This document shows, one piece after another, positions 16,299 to 24,257 of a stretch of 24,257 bases of DNA. Position numbers and translations under genes: made by a program. The DNA lies in IMG/VR virus record IMGVR_UViG_3300017727_003288, positions 1 through 24,257 of that record; one strand, given 5' to 3'. Each line of letters starts with the position of its first letter. The first letter of the stretch is position 1. This DNA comes from a virus (lineage: Duplodnaviria > Caudoviricetes). Below the pieces are notes generated by a model that made no database searches, was not told the origin of the DNA, and saw only the letters and a program-made list of their open reading frames with translations.

Positions 16299-16988
16299 TT
16301 ATTCTCCTTTGTTATTCATCATTTGATTTAAGTAATCTTTCCAAACATCACCGTATTCGCAGTCTCTGTAATTTTTAAACCAAGGACCGCCTTCTGTGTA
16401 ATGAATTGCTTTAGGTGTTCCATCGGCTGGTTCTTGATACCATCCGACCAACCAATTCCATTCTGGATTCAATGCACCCACTTCTTCATCTTTAAGCCAT
16501 GCAAATCTATGAAAGTATGCTCCATCATAGTTTGGGTTGTTCACTAAATCTACTGATAATTTTTCGTTTGATGGATGTCCACAGTTGTACAATACCATTG
16601 AACTCCAATTTTTACATGGATACAAAGTTTGTTTTTGACCATCCATTTTTATTCCAGGCTTTGGTGTGTAATCATGTTGTACGCACATCACAGCATACTT
16701 GTTGTCTGCCTGTGCAAATAATTCTTTTACGTCTTTTAAAAATACAATGTCCGAATCGCAAAACAATGCCCAACCATCATAGTTTGCCAATGCAGGAACT
16801 AAAAATCTTGTGAATGTAAATTCTGTTGATGCAAGTTTATCTTCCCCACGCCAATACCATTTGTCTTGACGTAGATTATTTTGATTTAATGGAATAACTT
16901 CTGCATCTGTGCTGTGCTTGTATATCGAGTACTCGCACACTTGATAAGCAATATCTTCTCTCGTATCATAACCTACAAATATTTTCAT
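16299..16988 (-). CDS. GT-A (GT8-related) glycosyltransferase (start revised to ATG 16988)
   Basis: MKIFVGYD, STEFTFTRF, FCDSD (DxD), KNWSS, WNWL and IHYTEGGPWF. Confidence 0.85.
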   Translation of the reverse strand: MKIFVGYDTREDIAYQVCEYSIYKHSTDAEVIPLNQNNLRQDKWYWRGEDKLASTEFTFTRFLVPALANYDGWALFCDSDIVFLKDVKELFAQADNKYAVMCVQHDYTPKPGIKMDGQKQTLYPCKNWSSMVLYNCGHPSNEKLSVDLVNNPNYDGAYFHRFAWLKDEEVGALNPEWNWLVGWYQEPADGTPKAIHYTEGGPWFKNYRDCEYGDVWKDYLNQMMNNKGE

Positions 16989-16989
16989 A

Positions 16990-17706
16990 CTATAATTTAA
17001 CCTCAAATCCGTGTTTGTCTAGGAACTTCTGAACAGTCCATTTAGGATTCCATCCTAGTTTTTTCATTTCGCTTGGGTCTGCTTTTGACGTTTGTCTCTC
17101 TAAAATAGATCCAGGTTGCACTGGTAAATTAGGAGCAATTTTTCTTATTTCAACATTTTCTCCTGTGCCGATATCGATTGAACCTACATAATCGCTCTTG
17201 ATTAATATTTCTATAGCATCACATAAGTCTTCAATGTGTACAAAATCTCTACTGTGTTCAGTTACGTATTCCAACGTGCCCATTAAGAGTTTATCAAAAA
17301 ACATACCTTGTCTATTTGTTTCGCCATACACAGTGTGGAATCTCATTGCTACCTTATTGTTGTGTGGAATGGCCTCTATAACGTTCTTAGACGCCGCGTA
17401 AGGGTTCAACCAAGGCTCATACTGACTGCTTGAACTGGCAAACAAAACACGTGTGTTTGCGTAGTGTTTTAAAATTTTATGCGTGGCAATGACGTTGTTA
17501 TCCCAATAGTGTTTTGGATTTTCCATAGATTTTCTCACTCCACCTACACCGGCTAAATGAATTACTAAATCTACTTCTGGTAATTTGGCATTTAAAATAT
17601 TGCCATTATCTTTGATATCAAGACCAATTACTGTGTGGTTATTTAAAAGTCGTTTGTGTAGATACTGTCCTATAAAACCTTTATGTCCTGTTAGCAAAAT
17701 ATTCAT
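16990..17706 (-). CDS. NAD-dependent epimerase/dehydratase, compact extended SDR (238 aa; start revised to 17706)
   Basis: MNILLTGHKGFIG (GxxGxxG), HLAG, ASSS, YAASK (YxxxK) and RDFVHIEDL. Confidence 0.9.
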   Translation of the reverse strand: MNILLTGHKGFIGQYLHKRLLNNHTVIGLDIKDNGNILNAKLPEVDLVIHLAGVGGVRKSMENPKHYWDNNVIATHKILKHYANTRVLFASSSSQYEPWLNPYAASKNVIEAIPHNNKVAMRFHTVYGETNRQGMFFDKLLMGTLEYVTEHSRDFVHIEDLCDAIEILIKSDYVGSIDIGTGENVEIRKIAPNLPVQPGSILERQTSKADPSEMKKLGWNPKWTVQKFLDKHGFEVKL

Positions 17707-17712
17707 TGCTTC

Positions 17713-17741
17713 ATTATAACTTACACTTTGACTTTTGTCAA
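17713..17741 (-). promoter_or_regulatory. Perfect sigma70 promoter TTGACA-N17-TATAAT, 6 nt from the epimerase ATG
   Basis: Minus strand TTGACAAAAGTCAAAGTGTAAGTTATAATGAAGCAATG occupies the 40-nt intergenic gap. Confidence 0.9.
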
Positions 17742-17746
17742 TAAAA

Positions 17747-18097
17747 TTAGGATTTGGTTCCAACTGTTCTACGTTCAATATCATCGTGGTTGAACTCTGC
17801 CCAATACAATTCAAAAGCAATGCCGTCTTCAACTCCTTCGAATTGATGAAACTTGCCTGGCTTAACAGTGGTGTAATCGCCTGCGTTTAATACTGTTTCA
17901 TCAACAAGACCACTTTGTTCTGCGTCTTGCCATACCCGTACTATCATTTTTCCAGACTCTACAAAAAATCCGTTCCATTTATATTTGTGCTGATGTTCTG
18001 AACATTTGTATCCTGCTTTGAACTCAATACGATGAAATTCTAACACTCCATTTGCATGAATTAATTCTGTTTTGCCCCAAATTTTTCCTGCTTTCAT
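17747..18097 (-). CDS. Cupin-fold protein (sugar isomerase / mannose-6-phosphate isomerase C-terminal-like); start revised to 18097
   Basis: KIWG, SEHQHKYKWNGFFVESG and PGKFHQF cupin motifs; AAGGAG RBS and TAATG coupling. Confidence 0.8.
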   Translation of the reverse strand: MKAGKIWGKTELIHANGVLEFHRIEFKAGYKCSEHQHKYKWNGFFVESGKMIVRVWQDAEQSGLVDETVLNAGDYTTVKPGKFHQFEGVEDGIAFELYWAEFNHDDIERRTVGTKS

Positions 18098-18708
18098 TAT
18101 TTGCTCCTTGCACAAAAGTAAAATTGTTTTGTGTCAAATTCACTTTCAATGTTGTCTGGATAAACTCTATCTATGGATTCTATAATAAAATGTTTTTCTA
18201 AAGACTTAATCATGTTAGTAACTGTTCTGTATTTTGAACTGTAATTTGACTTTAATTTATCTGAGTATACATTTACATATTCGTCTTCGCTTTTTAGTGT
18301 ACAAGGTGATCTTAAAAATAATTTTTTTGTGTTCAATGATCCATAAATTTTTTCAACAACTTCATCTTCAAAAATAAAAGGCAACATACCTGCACAAATT
18401 ATATTGTCTACTTTAGGTAAAGTGGTTAAATCATCTTCATAAACATTAAAATCACGTGCTTGAATCTTGCTGTGTAAATTTTTTATTAAATGTGTTGCAA
18501 AATCGTATCCGTGGTATTGATTGAAGTCTGTAAGTTCGACCAAACAGTTTAATAATGCTCCGTCACCACAGCCTAAATCAAGTAATGAATCTCCTGAAAG
18601 TCTAGGAACAAGGTACTGTAATTCATGTAAACGTCTTTGTTTTATAGTGCCATACTCTGGATAATGTGTTTGTGTTGTCCAGAATTCTTTAGCAACACTC
18701 TTACTCAT
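18097..18708 (-). CDS. Class I SAM-dependent methyltransferase
   Basis: Motif I LLDLGCGDG followed by acidic GYD. Confidence 0.85.
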   Translation of the reverse strand: MSKSVAKEFWTTQTHYPEYGTIKQRRLHELQYLVPRLSGDSLLDLGCGDGALLNCLVELTDFNQYHGYDFATHLIKNLHSKIQARDFNVYEDDLTTLPKVDNIICAGMLPFIFEDEVVEKIYGSLNTKKLFLRSPCTLKSEDEYVNVYSDKLKSNYSSKYRTVTNMIKSLEKHFIIESIDRVYPDNIESEFDTKQFYFCARSK

Positions 18709-19459
18709 ACGAAACGTCCTTGTGTTTGTATGCTCTATCTCTGTGGAATTCTTTGTAAACTTCGTAGCCTAAGTCTGTCATAAGGGTAGCAATTTTATCA
18801 TCAGTCCACCCGTATTTTGCACCAGATTGATTCCATTCAACAACTATAAGAGGTTTTGCTCTTTTTATCATTTCCGTTGCACCAACGATTGTTTCCCACT
18901 CAGAGCCTTCTATATCTAAATGAATACAATCAGGATTAACTCCTAATGAATCTAATTTAATTTTAGGTATATCACCGTTTGGCTCTATGTAGTTTGCTCC
19001 TAAATTTTTACGTCCTTTAAAATCAGGTGCAACCATTTTTACAGGGTCGTTGTCGTTGCCTAATGCAGTTTGAAATTTAAACACATTTGTTTCAGGACAG
19101 TTATTAATTAAACACACAAACCATCTGTGGTCTGGTTCAAATGTAATTACTTTTTCAAACATTGTACTGTAAAGTTTTGGATAAAGTCCTGCATTACCAC
19201 CTGCTTGAATTATTAATTTTCTTTTGTTTTGTGGTAGCATTTTTATTATTTCATTTGGAAAATGAATAATGTTGGTAGAGCCGTCACTCCAAGCGGCCCT
19301 TTCATTTTTATGGAAAAATTCCCAAGTTAATATATCTTCTCTGGGCCATAACCATTCTCCTTGCATGTATGGTCCTGCTCTATATTCTAAATTATTTGCG
19401 TTTAAAAAGTCATTTGCTCTTTTAGTTGAATCTACTGGGTATATAAATTTATTTTTCAT
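18701..19459 (-). CDS. FkbM-family methyltransferase
   Basis: IQAGGNAG, TFEPD, ALG, IHLDIEGSE and PLIVVE motifs. Confidence 0.88.
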   Translation of the reverse strand: MKNKFIYPVDSTKRANDFLNANNLEYRAGPYMQGEWLWPREDILTWEFFHKNERAAWSDGSTNIIHFPNEIIKMLPQNKRKLIIQAGGNAGLYPKLYSTMFEKVITFEPDHRWFVCLINNCPETNVFKFQTALGNDNDPVKMVAPDFKGRKNLGANYIEPNGDIPKIKLDSLGVNPDCIHLDIEGSEWETIVGATEMIKRAKPLIVVEWNQSGAKYGWTDDKIATLMTDLGYEVYKEFHRDRAYKHKDVSYE

Positions 19460-20043
19460 TTTGAATCTATTGTGTTAGTTCCTGCGTCCCAAATTTGTGT
19501 AACTGGTTCTATGTTGTCTTTGTGTTCTATTTTTTTAGCCGCAAACCAAAGTAAAACATCGTTTGTTGCCCACTTTCCTTTGTTTGCGTCTGCAACATTA
19601 TTTATGGACCAACCTTTTTTATGACTTAGATATGAATCCAATAATTGAAATCCATTTTTTTTAATAAATGTTGTAATTGCAACAGGATCTGTAACGTGTA
19701 TCCCGTGTCGCCAATAACCATGTACAGGACTTACACCTATGAAGTGTCCACCAACTTTTACTAATTTTAAAGCATTGCTCCAAGCCGTGTGGGCGTCCCA
19801 AATATGTTCTATTGTGCCAAGATTAAAAACGGTTTCAAATTTTTGATGTAATTCAGTCAAGTCACTTGTTAAATCTGCATAATCTCCGCCATCAGGGTCT
19901 ATGGTTTTGTAATCATCTACTTTAAAATATTCTTTTGCACTTATTGTCATATTAGTTGCTTGGTTGCCTAGCATTAAGAATGGACTTTTATAATATGCTC
20001 GATATTTTTCGTAATTTTTTAAATGTTTGTTTATTATTGTCAT
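19456..20043 (-). CDS. Methyltransferase-like protein (start revised to ATG 20043)
   Basis: FETVFNLGTIEHIWD...LKLVKVGG resembles Methyltransf_11 motifs; motif I is degenerate (LMLGNQ); ATGA overlap. Confidence 0.65.
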   Translation of the reverse strand: MTIINKHLKNYEKYRAYYKSPFLMLGNQATNMTISAKEYFKVDDYKTIDPDGGDYADLTSDLTELHQKFETVFNLGTIEHIWDAHTAWSNALKLVKVGGHFIGVSPVHGYWRHGIHVTDPVAITTFIKKNGFQLLDSYLSHKKGWSINNVADANKGKWATNDVLLWFAAKKIEHKDNIEPVTQIWDAGTNTIDSK

Positions 20044-20687
20044 ATCCAATATTCCTGTACTAAAGGGTTATCTTTTTGTAAGTGAGGTTTTTTATTTTTG
20101 CCTGCGTATATAGTAAACGTGGGTGTTGTTAATGGATTTTCTTGTGCAATCATATGATGTTGCCAGTTTACAAACTGTCCAACTTCATCATCCATAAATT
20201 TCATATTTGTTAATGATGCCTGTGTGTATGCTTGGTCACCAATTAGGTTGCCTTTATGATATTTAGACATAATTGTCTGTGTATTACGTTTGAAATTTTC
20301 GTATATGAATGAATAGTCACCTTCCCAACTCATTATACTGCTGTTTGCATTTCCGCTTGTAGGTTTTACACTTTTAATCATATAAAAGTTTTTGTAATCT
20401 AGTTGATCTAAAATATATTCAAAATTATTGCAAATGATAATATCTAAATCCAAATAAAATACAGGACCATTAAATAGATTAGGTCTAAACAATTCTATTT
20501 TACTCCACCAACCTATCCAATCGTTTTTTAATGGAATGGTTTCAATAGGAAGACTTATATTAGATAGGCAATGAAACTTATGTGGCTTGGTGTAGTTTCT
20601 TGCAATCATATTCTTTAATTTTATAACGTAGTCATGTGAATATGTTGTTTTTTTACTTTTGTGATATACACAAACAAAATTAATCAT
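20040..20687 (-). CDS. GT-A fold glycosyltransferase
   Basis: WWSKIELF, FYLDLD (DxD), NSSIMSW and GDQAY. Confidence 0.8.
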   Translation of the reverse strand: MINFVCVYHKSKKTTYSHDYVIKLKNMIARNYTKPHKFHCLSNISLPIETIPLKNDWIGWWSKIELFRPNLFNGPVFYLDLDIIICNNFEYILDQLDYKNFYMIKSVKPTSGNANSSIMSWEGDYSFIYENFKRNTQTIMSKYHKGNLIGDQAYTQASLTNMKFMDDEVGQFVNWQHHMIAQENPLTTPTFTIYAGKNKKPHLQKDNPLVQEYWI

Positions 20688-21669
20688 TGTTTTCCCATTC
20701 GTTACAACTGTATACGGAGTTAGGATAATATCTAATGTTGTTATTAGAAATAAGATTTTGCAAATAAGATTTCATATCAAAGTTTTCTGTAATATCTTTT
20801 AATTCAATTGGTAGGTTTGTTATGTAGTAAGGAGGTTTGTGCCATGTCTCTCCGTTGGGTATTTTTTGTTTGTGTATTGTTGCTTCTATAATATCATTAT
20901 GGGTATATTTTTTAAACTCTATACGTTCACCATCAGGTATACTAAATTCACTTAATCTAGTAATTGTTTCACCTTTTTTATAATGCACATTATTTGTTAA
21001 AAATATATCTTTGTAAGGAATGCATAAGCAAGGAATACAAGTGAAGCCTAATTCTTTCATTGCTTGAAGTCTGTTATTACCATCAACAACTATGTTAAGT
21101 TCTTTGTGTGTACCTACAGTAATAGGAGTGGAAAATATTTGTTCTTTTTTAATTTTAAATTTTAATTTTGCAACTTTATCTGTATTATAATCTTCGTAAA
21201 TGCTTAAACTATCCATAGGAAGCATTTTTAAATTATTAATATGTTCTATGTCTTTTCTGTCGTCGTTTATAATTCTTTGTTTTATTTCAGTGCTTGATAT
21301 ACCTTCTGTTCTAGGAAAAAGCATCAATCTTATATTTTGTTCTTTGAGATAAAGTAAAGCATTTGTTCTGTCTCCACTGTGAACGTAATCATCTCCTTGC
21401 ACAACTATATCAGGTTTTATTTTTGACCATAAATTTCTTTGATCAACATCGCTGTATTGTACAATTTCATCCACAAACGGTAATGCTTTTATTTGTTTTT
21501 CTCTTTCTACAAAGTTTAAAGTTGGATACTTGCCTTTAGACTTTTTAACAGATTCGTCATCTTGAACACCAACAATCAGATAATCGCCTTGTTGTTTTGC
21601 TCTTGTTAGTATGTTTATGTGACCCAAATGTAATGTGTCGAACACACCAGAAGTCATTACTTTAATCAT
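20680..21669 (-). CDS. Fusion of a TagD/RfaE-like cytidylyltransferase and a ParB/Srx-fold (SbnI/SerK-like) domain (329 aa; start revised to 21669)
   Basis: N-terminal TSGVFDTLHLGH (HxGH), GDD and RTEGISST; C-terminal IYED...PITV...VVDGNNRLQAMKELG..IPC. Confidence 0.8.
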   Translation of the reverse strand: MIKVMTSGVFDTLHLGHINILTRAKQQGDYLIVGVQDDESVKKSKGKYPTLNFVEREKQIKALPFVDEIVQYSDVDQRNLWSKIKPDIVVQGDDYVHSGDRTNALLYLKEQNIRLMLFPRTEGISSTEIKQRIINDDRKDIEHINNLKMLPMDSLSIYEDYNTDKVAKLKFKIKKEQIFSTPITVGTHKELNIVVDGNNRLQAMKELGFTCIPCLCIPYKDIFLTNNVHYKKGETITRLSEFSIPDGERIEFKKYTHNDIIEATIHKQKIPNGETWHKPPYYITNLPIELKDITENFDMKSYLQNLISNNNIRYYPNSVYSCNEWENND

Positions 21670-22288
21670 TCTTTTTCCAGTAATCCTTCCATCTTTGTAT
21701 TTCATGAGGCTTGTCGAAATCGTCTGTTTCGTCATCAATATTTGTCCAATTTGTTTCGCACAGGTACTGTGTACGTTTTACAGTTTTCCTTACGGGTGGA
21801 GAATTTAAATTCCATTTGCCAGTCTGGTATGCATACAAGTCCCATGACCAACATCGATTTATTTTCTTGTTCCAGTATGCTTCGCAAACTAATTTTAGCC
21901 AATGCCAAAACTGTGTATCAGACTTAAATGCCCAAAATTCACCATACTTTTTCAAGGCGTTTCCTCTTTTTCTTCCATAGTAATTTGTTGTTCCATTCAA
22001 AATAGTTTTTATTGCATTTTCTGAATAATACACGTCACCATATAACCAAATGTCTCCTTTAAGTTCTTCACATCCTAGTAGACAACCTAAATCATTGCCT
22101 TTCATTGTGTTTACAAATTCGTTGTATTGAGGATACATTCCTTTTTCTGCAACAGTGACCCATATGTCTGTTTGTCCATTTTCTTTTAAAATCCTTACAG
22201 TTCTATCAACTAACTTTTCACCTTGTATGACAATAGAGTGTCTATTAAAAGTTTTTGCTGTTCCACCAGCCATTATGATTATTCTCAT
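21662..22288 (-). CDS. Nucleotidyltransferase-like protein (MobA/IspD/LicC-type GT-A fold), degenerate signature
   Basis: IIIMAGG...IQGEKLVDRT, LYGDVYYS and C-terminal TDDFDKP. Confidence 0.65.
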   Translation of the reverse strand: MRIIIMAGGTAKTFNRHSIVIQGEKLVDRTVRILKENGQTDIWVTVAEKGMYPQYNEFVNTMKGNDLGCLLGCEELKGDIWLYGDVYYSENAIKTILNGTTNYYGRKRGNALKKYGEFWAFKSDTQFWHWLKLVCEAYWNKKINRCWSWDLYAYQTGKWNLNSPPVRKTVKRTQYLCETNWTNIDDETDDFDKPHEIQRWKDYWKKND

Positions 22289-22995
22289 ACGTCAGTCCTT
22301 GTGTAACTGTTTTTACTTTTTTTACTCTTGTCTAACCAGTACTTGGGATTGATTCTACACAAACTGTATTTTGTTTTCGTAAGTGCAACCGACTGTGCAT
22401 TTACATGAACATCTGCTGGCAACATACCTTTATTTTTTGTAAATGCAATTAAAGATTTTGCACCTTGTGGCTTTATTATATAAGCATGAAGTCCTTTAAT
22501 GCATTCTTTGTCGTAGTATTGAAACGCATTCTTTGACGTCGATGCTATTTTTTTAGGTTGATGTGTAATTACATCATAATTTTCAAATTTTTCTAGATGG
22601 TCTTCGTAAACTGTAGATGTTCTACTGTATGCGTCTAGGTTGCATAGTTCGGAAAATTTGTCTACAATATCCTTAGGTATAGGACGCATGAACAATGCAT
22701 CATGTTCCAATATCATTATGGGTTCATTTAATTCAATGCACTTCAACCAAAGTGAATAGTGTGAGCAAAAGCAACCTCTTACTCCTTTTGTATCTCTTGT
22801 AAATTTTAATTTTGGAAATGGTCGCAAACCAAATTTTTTGTATGTTGGTGCAACATCATCAAGTTGTACTGCGTCAAATTTTGCGATATTTAAATTGATT
22901 TTTTTGCCTGATGCAATACAATCTTCAGCCAACTCCTCCGAAAAGGACCTGCCTTTCATTGTTATTACAAATGCTTTATGATCATATTGTTGCAT
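22285..22995 (-). CDS. Glycosyltransferase family 25
   Basis: FDAV, GCFCSHYSLW, ILEHDA, HAYIIKPQGAK and PADV. Confidence 0.85.
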   Translation of the reverse strand: MQQYDHKAFVITMKGRSFSEELAEDCIASGKKINLNIAKFDAVQLDDVAPTYKKFGLRPFPKLKFTRDTKGVRGCFCSHYSLWLKCIELNEPIMILEHDALFMRPIPKDIVDKFSELCNLDAYSRTSTVYEDHLEKFENYDVITHQPKKIASTSKNAFQYYDKECIKGLHAYIIKPQGAKSLIAFTKNKGMLPADVHVNAQSVALTKTKYSLCRINPKYWLDKSKKSKNSYTRTDV

Positions 22996-23440
22996 CTTCC
23001 ATTCCCGCGACTCTTAACTTTGTAATATTAGTTATCTGCCATTGTTTTTGGTCGAGGGCTTTAGTGATACCAAGCCACTTGTTTCTTAGAAGTGCAAATT
23101 CATTAATAATTTTTTCATAGTCAACCACATCTGACTCACCGTCGACATATTTTTCAACATCTCTGCTAGACAATGCACGTTGATAGTTTTCTAAATATTT
23201 TTTAAAGTGTTTACTACGAAGTCTTCGTAATTCAATATTTAAATATTGAAGTATTGCTTCTATTTCTTGTAATTGATTAAATCTTTGTTCAACAATACCG
23301 GGCATAGAGGCACTATTTTTCTCTAAATTGCCTTTTATTCTACACTCAAACCTTGCTTGGTCTAATTCCTGTTCATAGTGTGCAACAGCATTAGGAATTT
23401 GACCAATGTCTCTGGCAACTTTTTGATACCAGCCACTCAT
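22982..23440 (-). CDS. uvsY: Recombination mediator UvsY-like protein
   Basis: Helical 152-aa protein with ALSSRDVEKYVDGE and W..TNI.KLR.AG, typical of UvsY; downstream of uvsX. Confidence 0.85.
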   Translation of the reverse strand: MSGWYQKVARDIGQIPNAVAHYEQELDQARFECRIKGNLEKNSASMPGIVEQRFNQLQEIEAILQYLNIELRRLRSKHFKKYLENYQRALSSRDVEKYVDGESDVVDYEKIINEFALLRNKWLGITKALDQKQWQITNITKLRVAGMEDATI

Positions 23441-23441
23441 T

Positions 23442-23657
23442 CTAATAATCCTCGTCTTGTTCGTCTAAATCTAGATAATAGTTTATTGCTTTATCTAAAT
23501 CTTCATCTGAACCAAGGGCTTCTTTAAATGCATCGTCTTCAACTCCATAGTCAGCCATTATATCAAGATATTTTTCTGCTAACACGTCAATCTGTTTTTT
23601 ATCAGCGTGTGCTTTAAAAAATTCCCACAGTTCTGTTAATAATCTTCCGTCGATCAT
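23442..23657 (-). CDS. Small acidic hypothetical protein (71 aa)
   Basis: GAGGAG RBS, ATGA overlap with uvsX, very D/E-rich. Confidence 0.75.
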   Translation of the reverse strand: MIDGRLLTELWEFFKAHADKKQIDVLAEKYLDIMADYGVEDDAFKEALGSDEDLDKAINYYLDLDEQDEDY

Positions 23658-24257
23658 TCAACAGTCTCCTCTTTAGTTTCTATAATTGTTTCTTCAGACA
23701 AGTTTGCAAAGTCAGTCATTACTTTATCAAGTAAATCTCCGCCACCTTCCCATACTTTTCGATATTCTTTTGTTTCTGTGCCTTTTGAATCAACATATTT
23801 CAGTCTGTTACCATCTTTAACTAAAAGACCTTTTTTCTCAAACAAATCAACAAGTCCTGAGTAAGGATTCATTCCAGTTTCATATGGAATTTTAACTTGT
23901 ACACCTTCAAAAGGTTTAGCATATCTGGTTTTCATAACTTTGCAACCTGCTCTAATACCACGCACTTCGCTGATCTTATTACCTGCTTCATCTTCTTTTA
24001 GTTTTAATTTTTTCATTGCTACTACAATACTTGAAGCATATATAAATCCTTGTCCACCACTAATTTTATCATCTGGATCAAACATATCCTGCGATGCATA
24101 TGTGTGGTTAGTACATACAAGTCCTACATTGTGCGAACCAATCATGTTCACAGTATTACGTACAAGTGATGTAAGTGCCTTAGGTTTTCTACCCATGTCA
24201 CCTTTCATATCACCTTTTTGAAACTGATCAACATCAGTTGGAGTCAACAACATACCC
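23654..24257 (-). CDS. uvsX: RecA-like recombinase UvsX, C-terminal part (5' end outside the window)
   Basis: KGDMGR, TNHTY, SGGQGFIYASS and KTRYAKPF; the frame is open to the window edge. Confidence 0.9.
   Translation of the reverse strand, partial: GMLLTPTDVDQFQKGDMKGDMGRKPKALTSLVRNTVNMIGSHNVGLVCTNHTYASQDMFDPDDKISGGQGFIYASSIVVAMKKLKLKEDEAGNKISEVRGIRAGCKVMKTRYAKPFEGVQVKIPYETGMNPYSGLVDLFEKKGLLVKDGNRLKYVDSKGTETKEYRKVWEGGGDLLDKVMTDFANLSEETIIETKEETVE

Noticed and set aside
16989-17021. Possible fifth leaderless promoter TAGACA-N16-TAAATT-5nt-ATG before the GT at 16988
   Set aside because: Weaker boxes and spacing; a GAGG upstream and a 1-nt gap to the previous stop explain initiation equally well.
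27-24221. Plus-strand track ORFs such as 27-347, 1026-1223, 2016-2324, 2833-3039, 3838-4026, 4056-4424, 7127-7498, 16499-16813 and 23940-24221, plus minus-strand 6053-6271 and 14802-15026
   Set aside because: Antisense or off-frame shadows of well-supported genes, with F/L/S/I-rich composition and no motifs.
1-24257. Stop-codon reassignment as the cause of the short or truncated genes
   Set aside because: The standard code tiles the window almost fully; TAA, TAG and TGA all end genes at coupled junctions, and both short genes end in TAA.
1-24257. CRISPR arrays, long repeats, transposases, introns, homing endonucleases and intrinsic terminators
   Set aside because: None seen by eye; intergenic gaps are under ~50 nt and are filled by promoter elements.

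Overview
AT-rich, very densely coding segment of a large T4-like (probably jumbo, aquatic) dsDNA phage genome, with almost all genes on the minus strand. Read in transcription order (right to left) it holds: uvsX (partial), a small acidic gene and uvsY; a ~10 kb glycan/small-molecule modification island (GT25, NTP-transferase, cytidylyltransferase fused to a ParB/Srx SbnI-like domain, GT-A enzymes, three methyltransferases, a cupin, an NAD-dependent epimerase, three KpsC/KpsS-like GT-B proteins and a SutA-like small protein); a uvsW block (Hint-like protein, gp62-like protein, zinc-finger protein, rpiB, nth and a 186-aa mini DnaE core); a probable virion protein; primase, two small ORFs missed by the track, a half-length carbamoyltransferase and the gp41/DnaB helicase; tRNA-Val(TAC); and a second, PHP-less compact DnaE running off the left edge (also missed by the track). 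Most notable are the two miniaturised C-family polymerase genes, four near-perfect sigma70 promoters 6-7 nt from the ATG (predicted leaderless mRNAs), and the kinase-like/cytidylyltransferase fusion. All family calls come from motif recognition by eye; no database searches were run.
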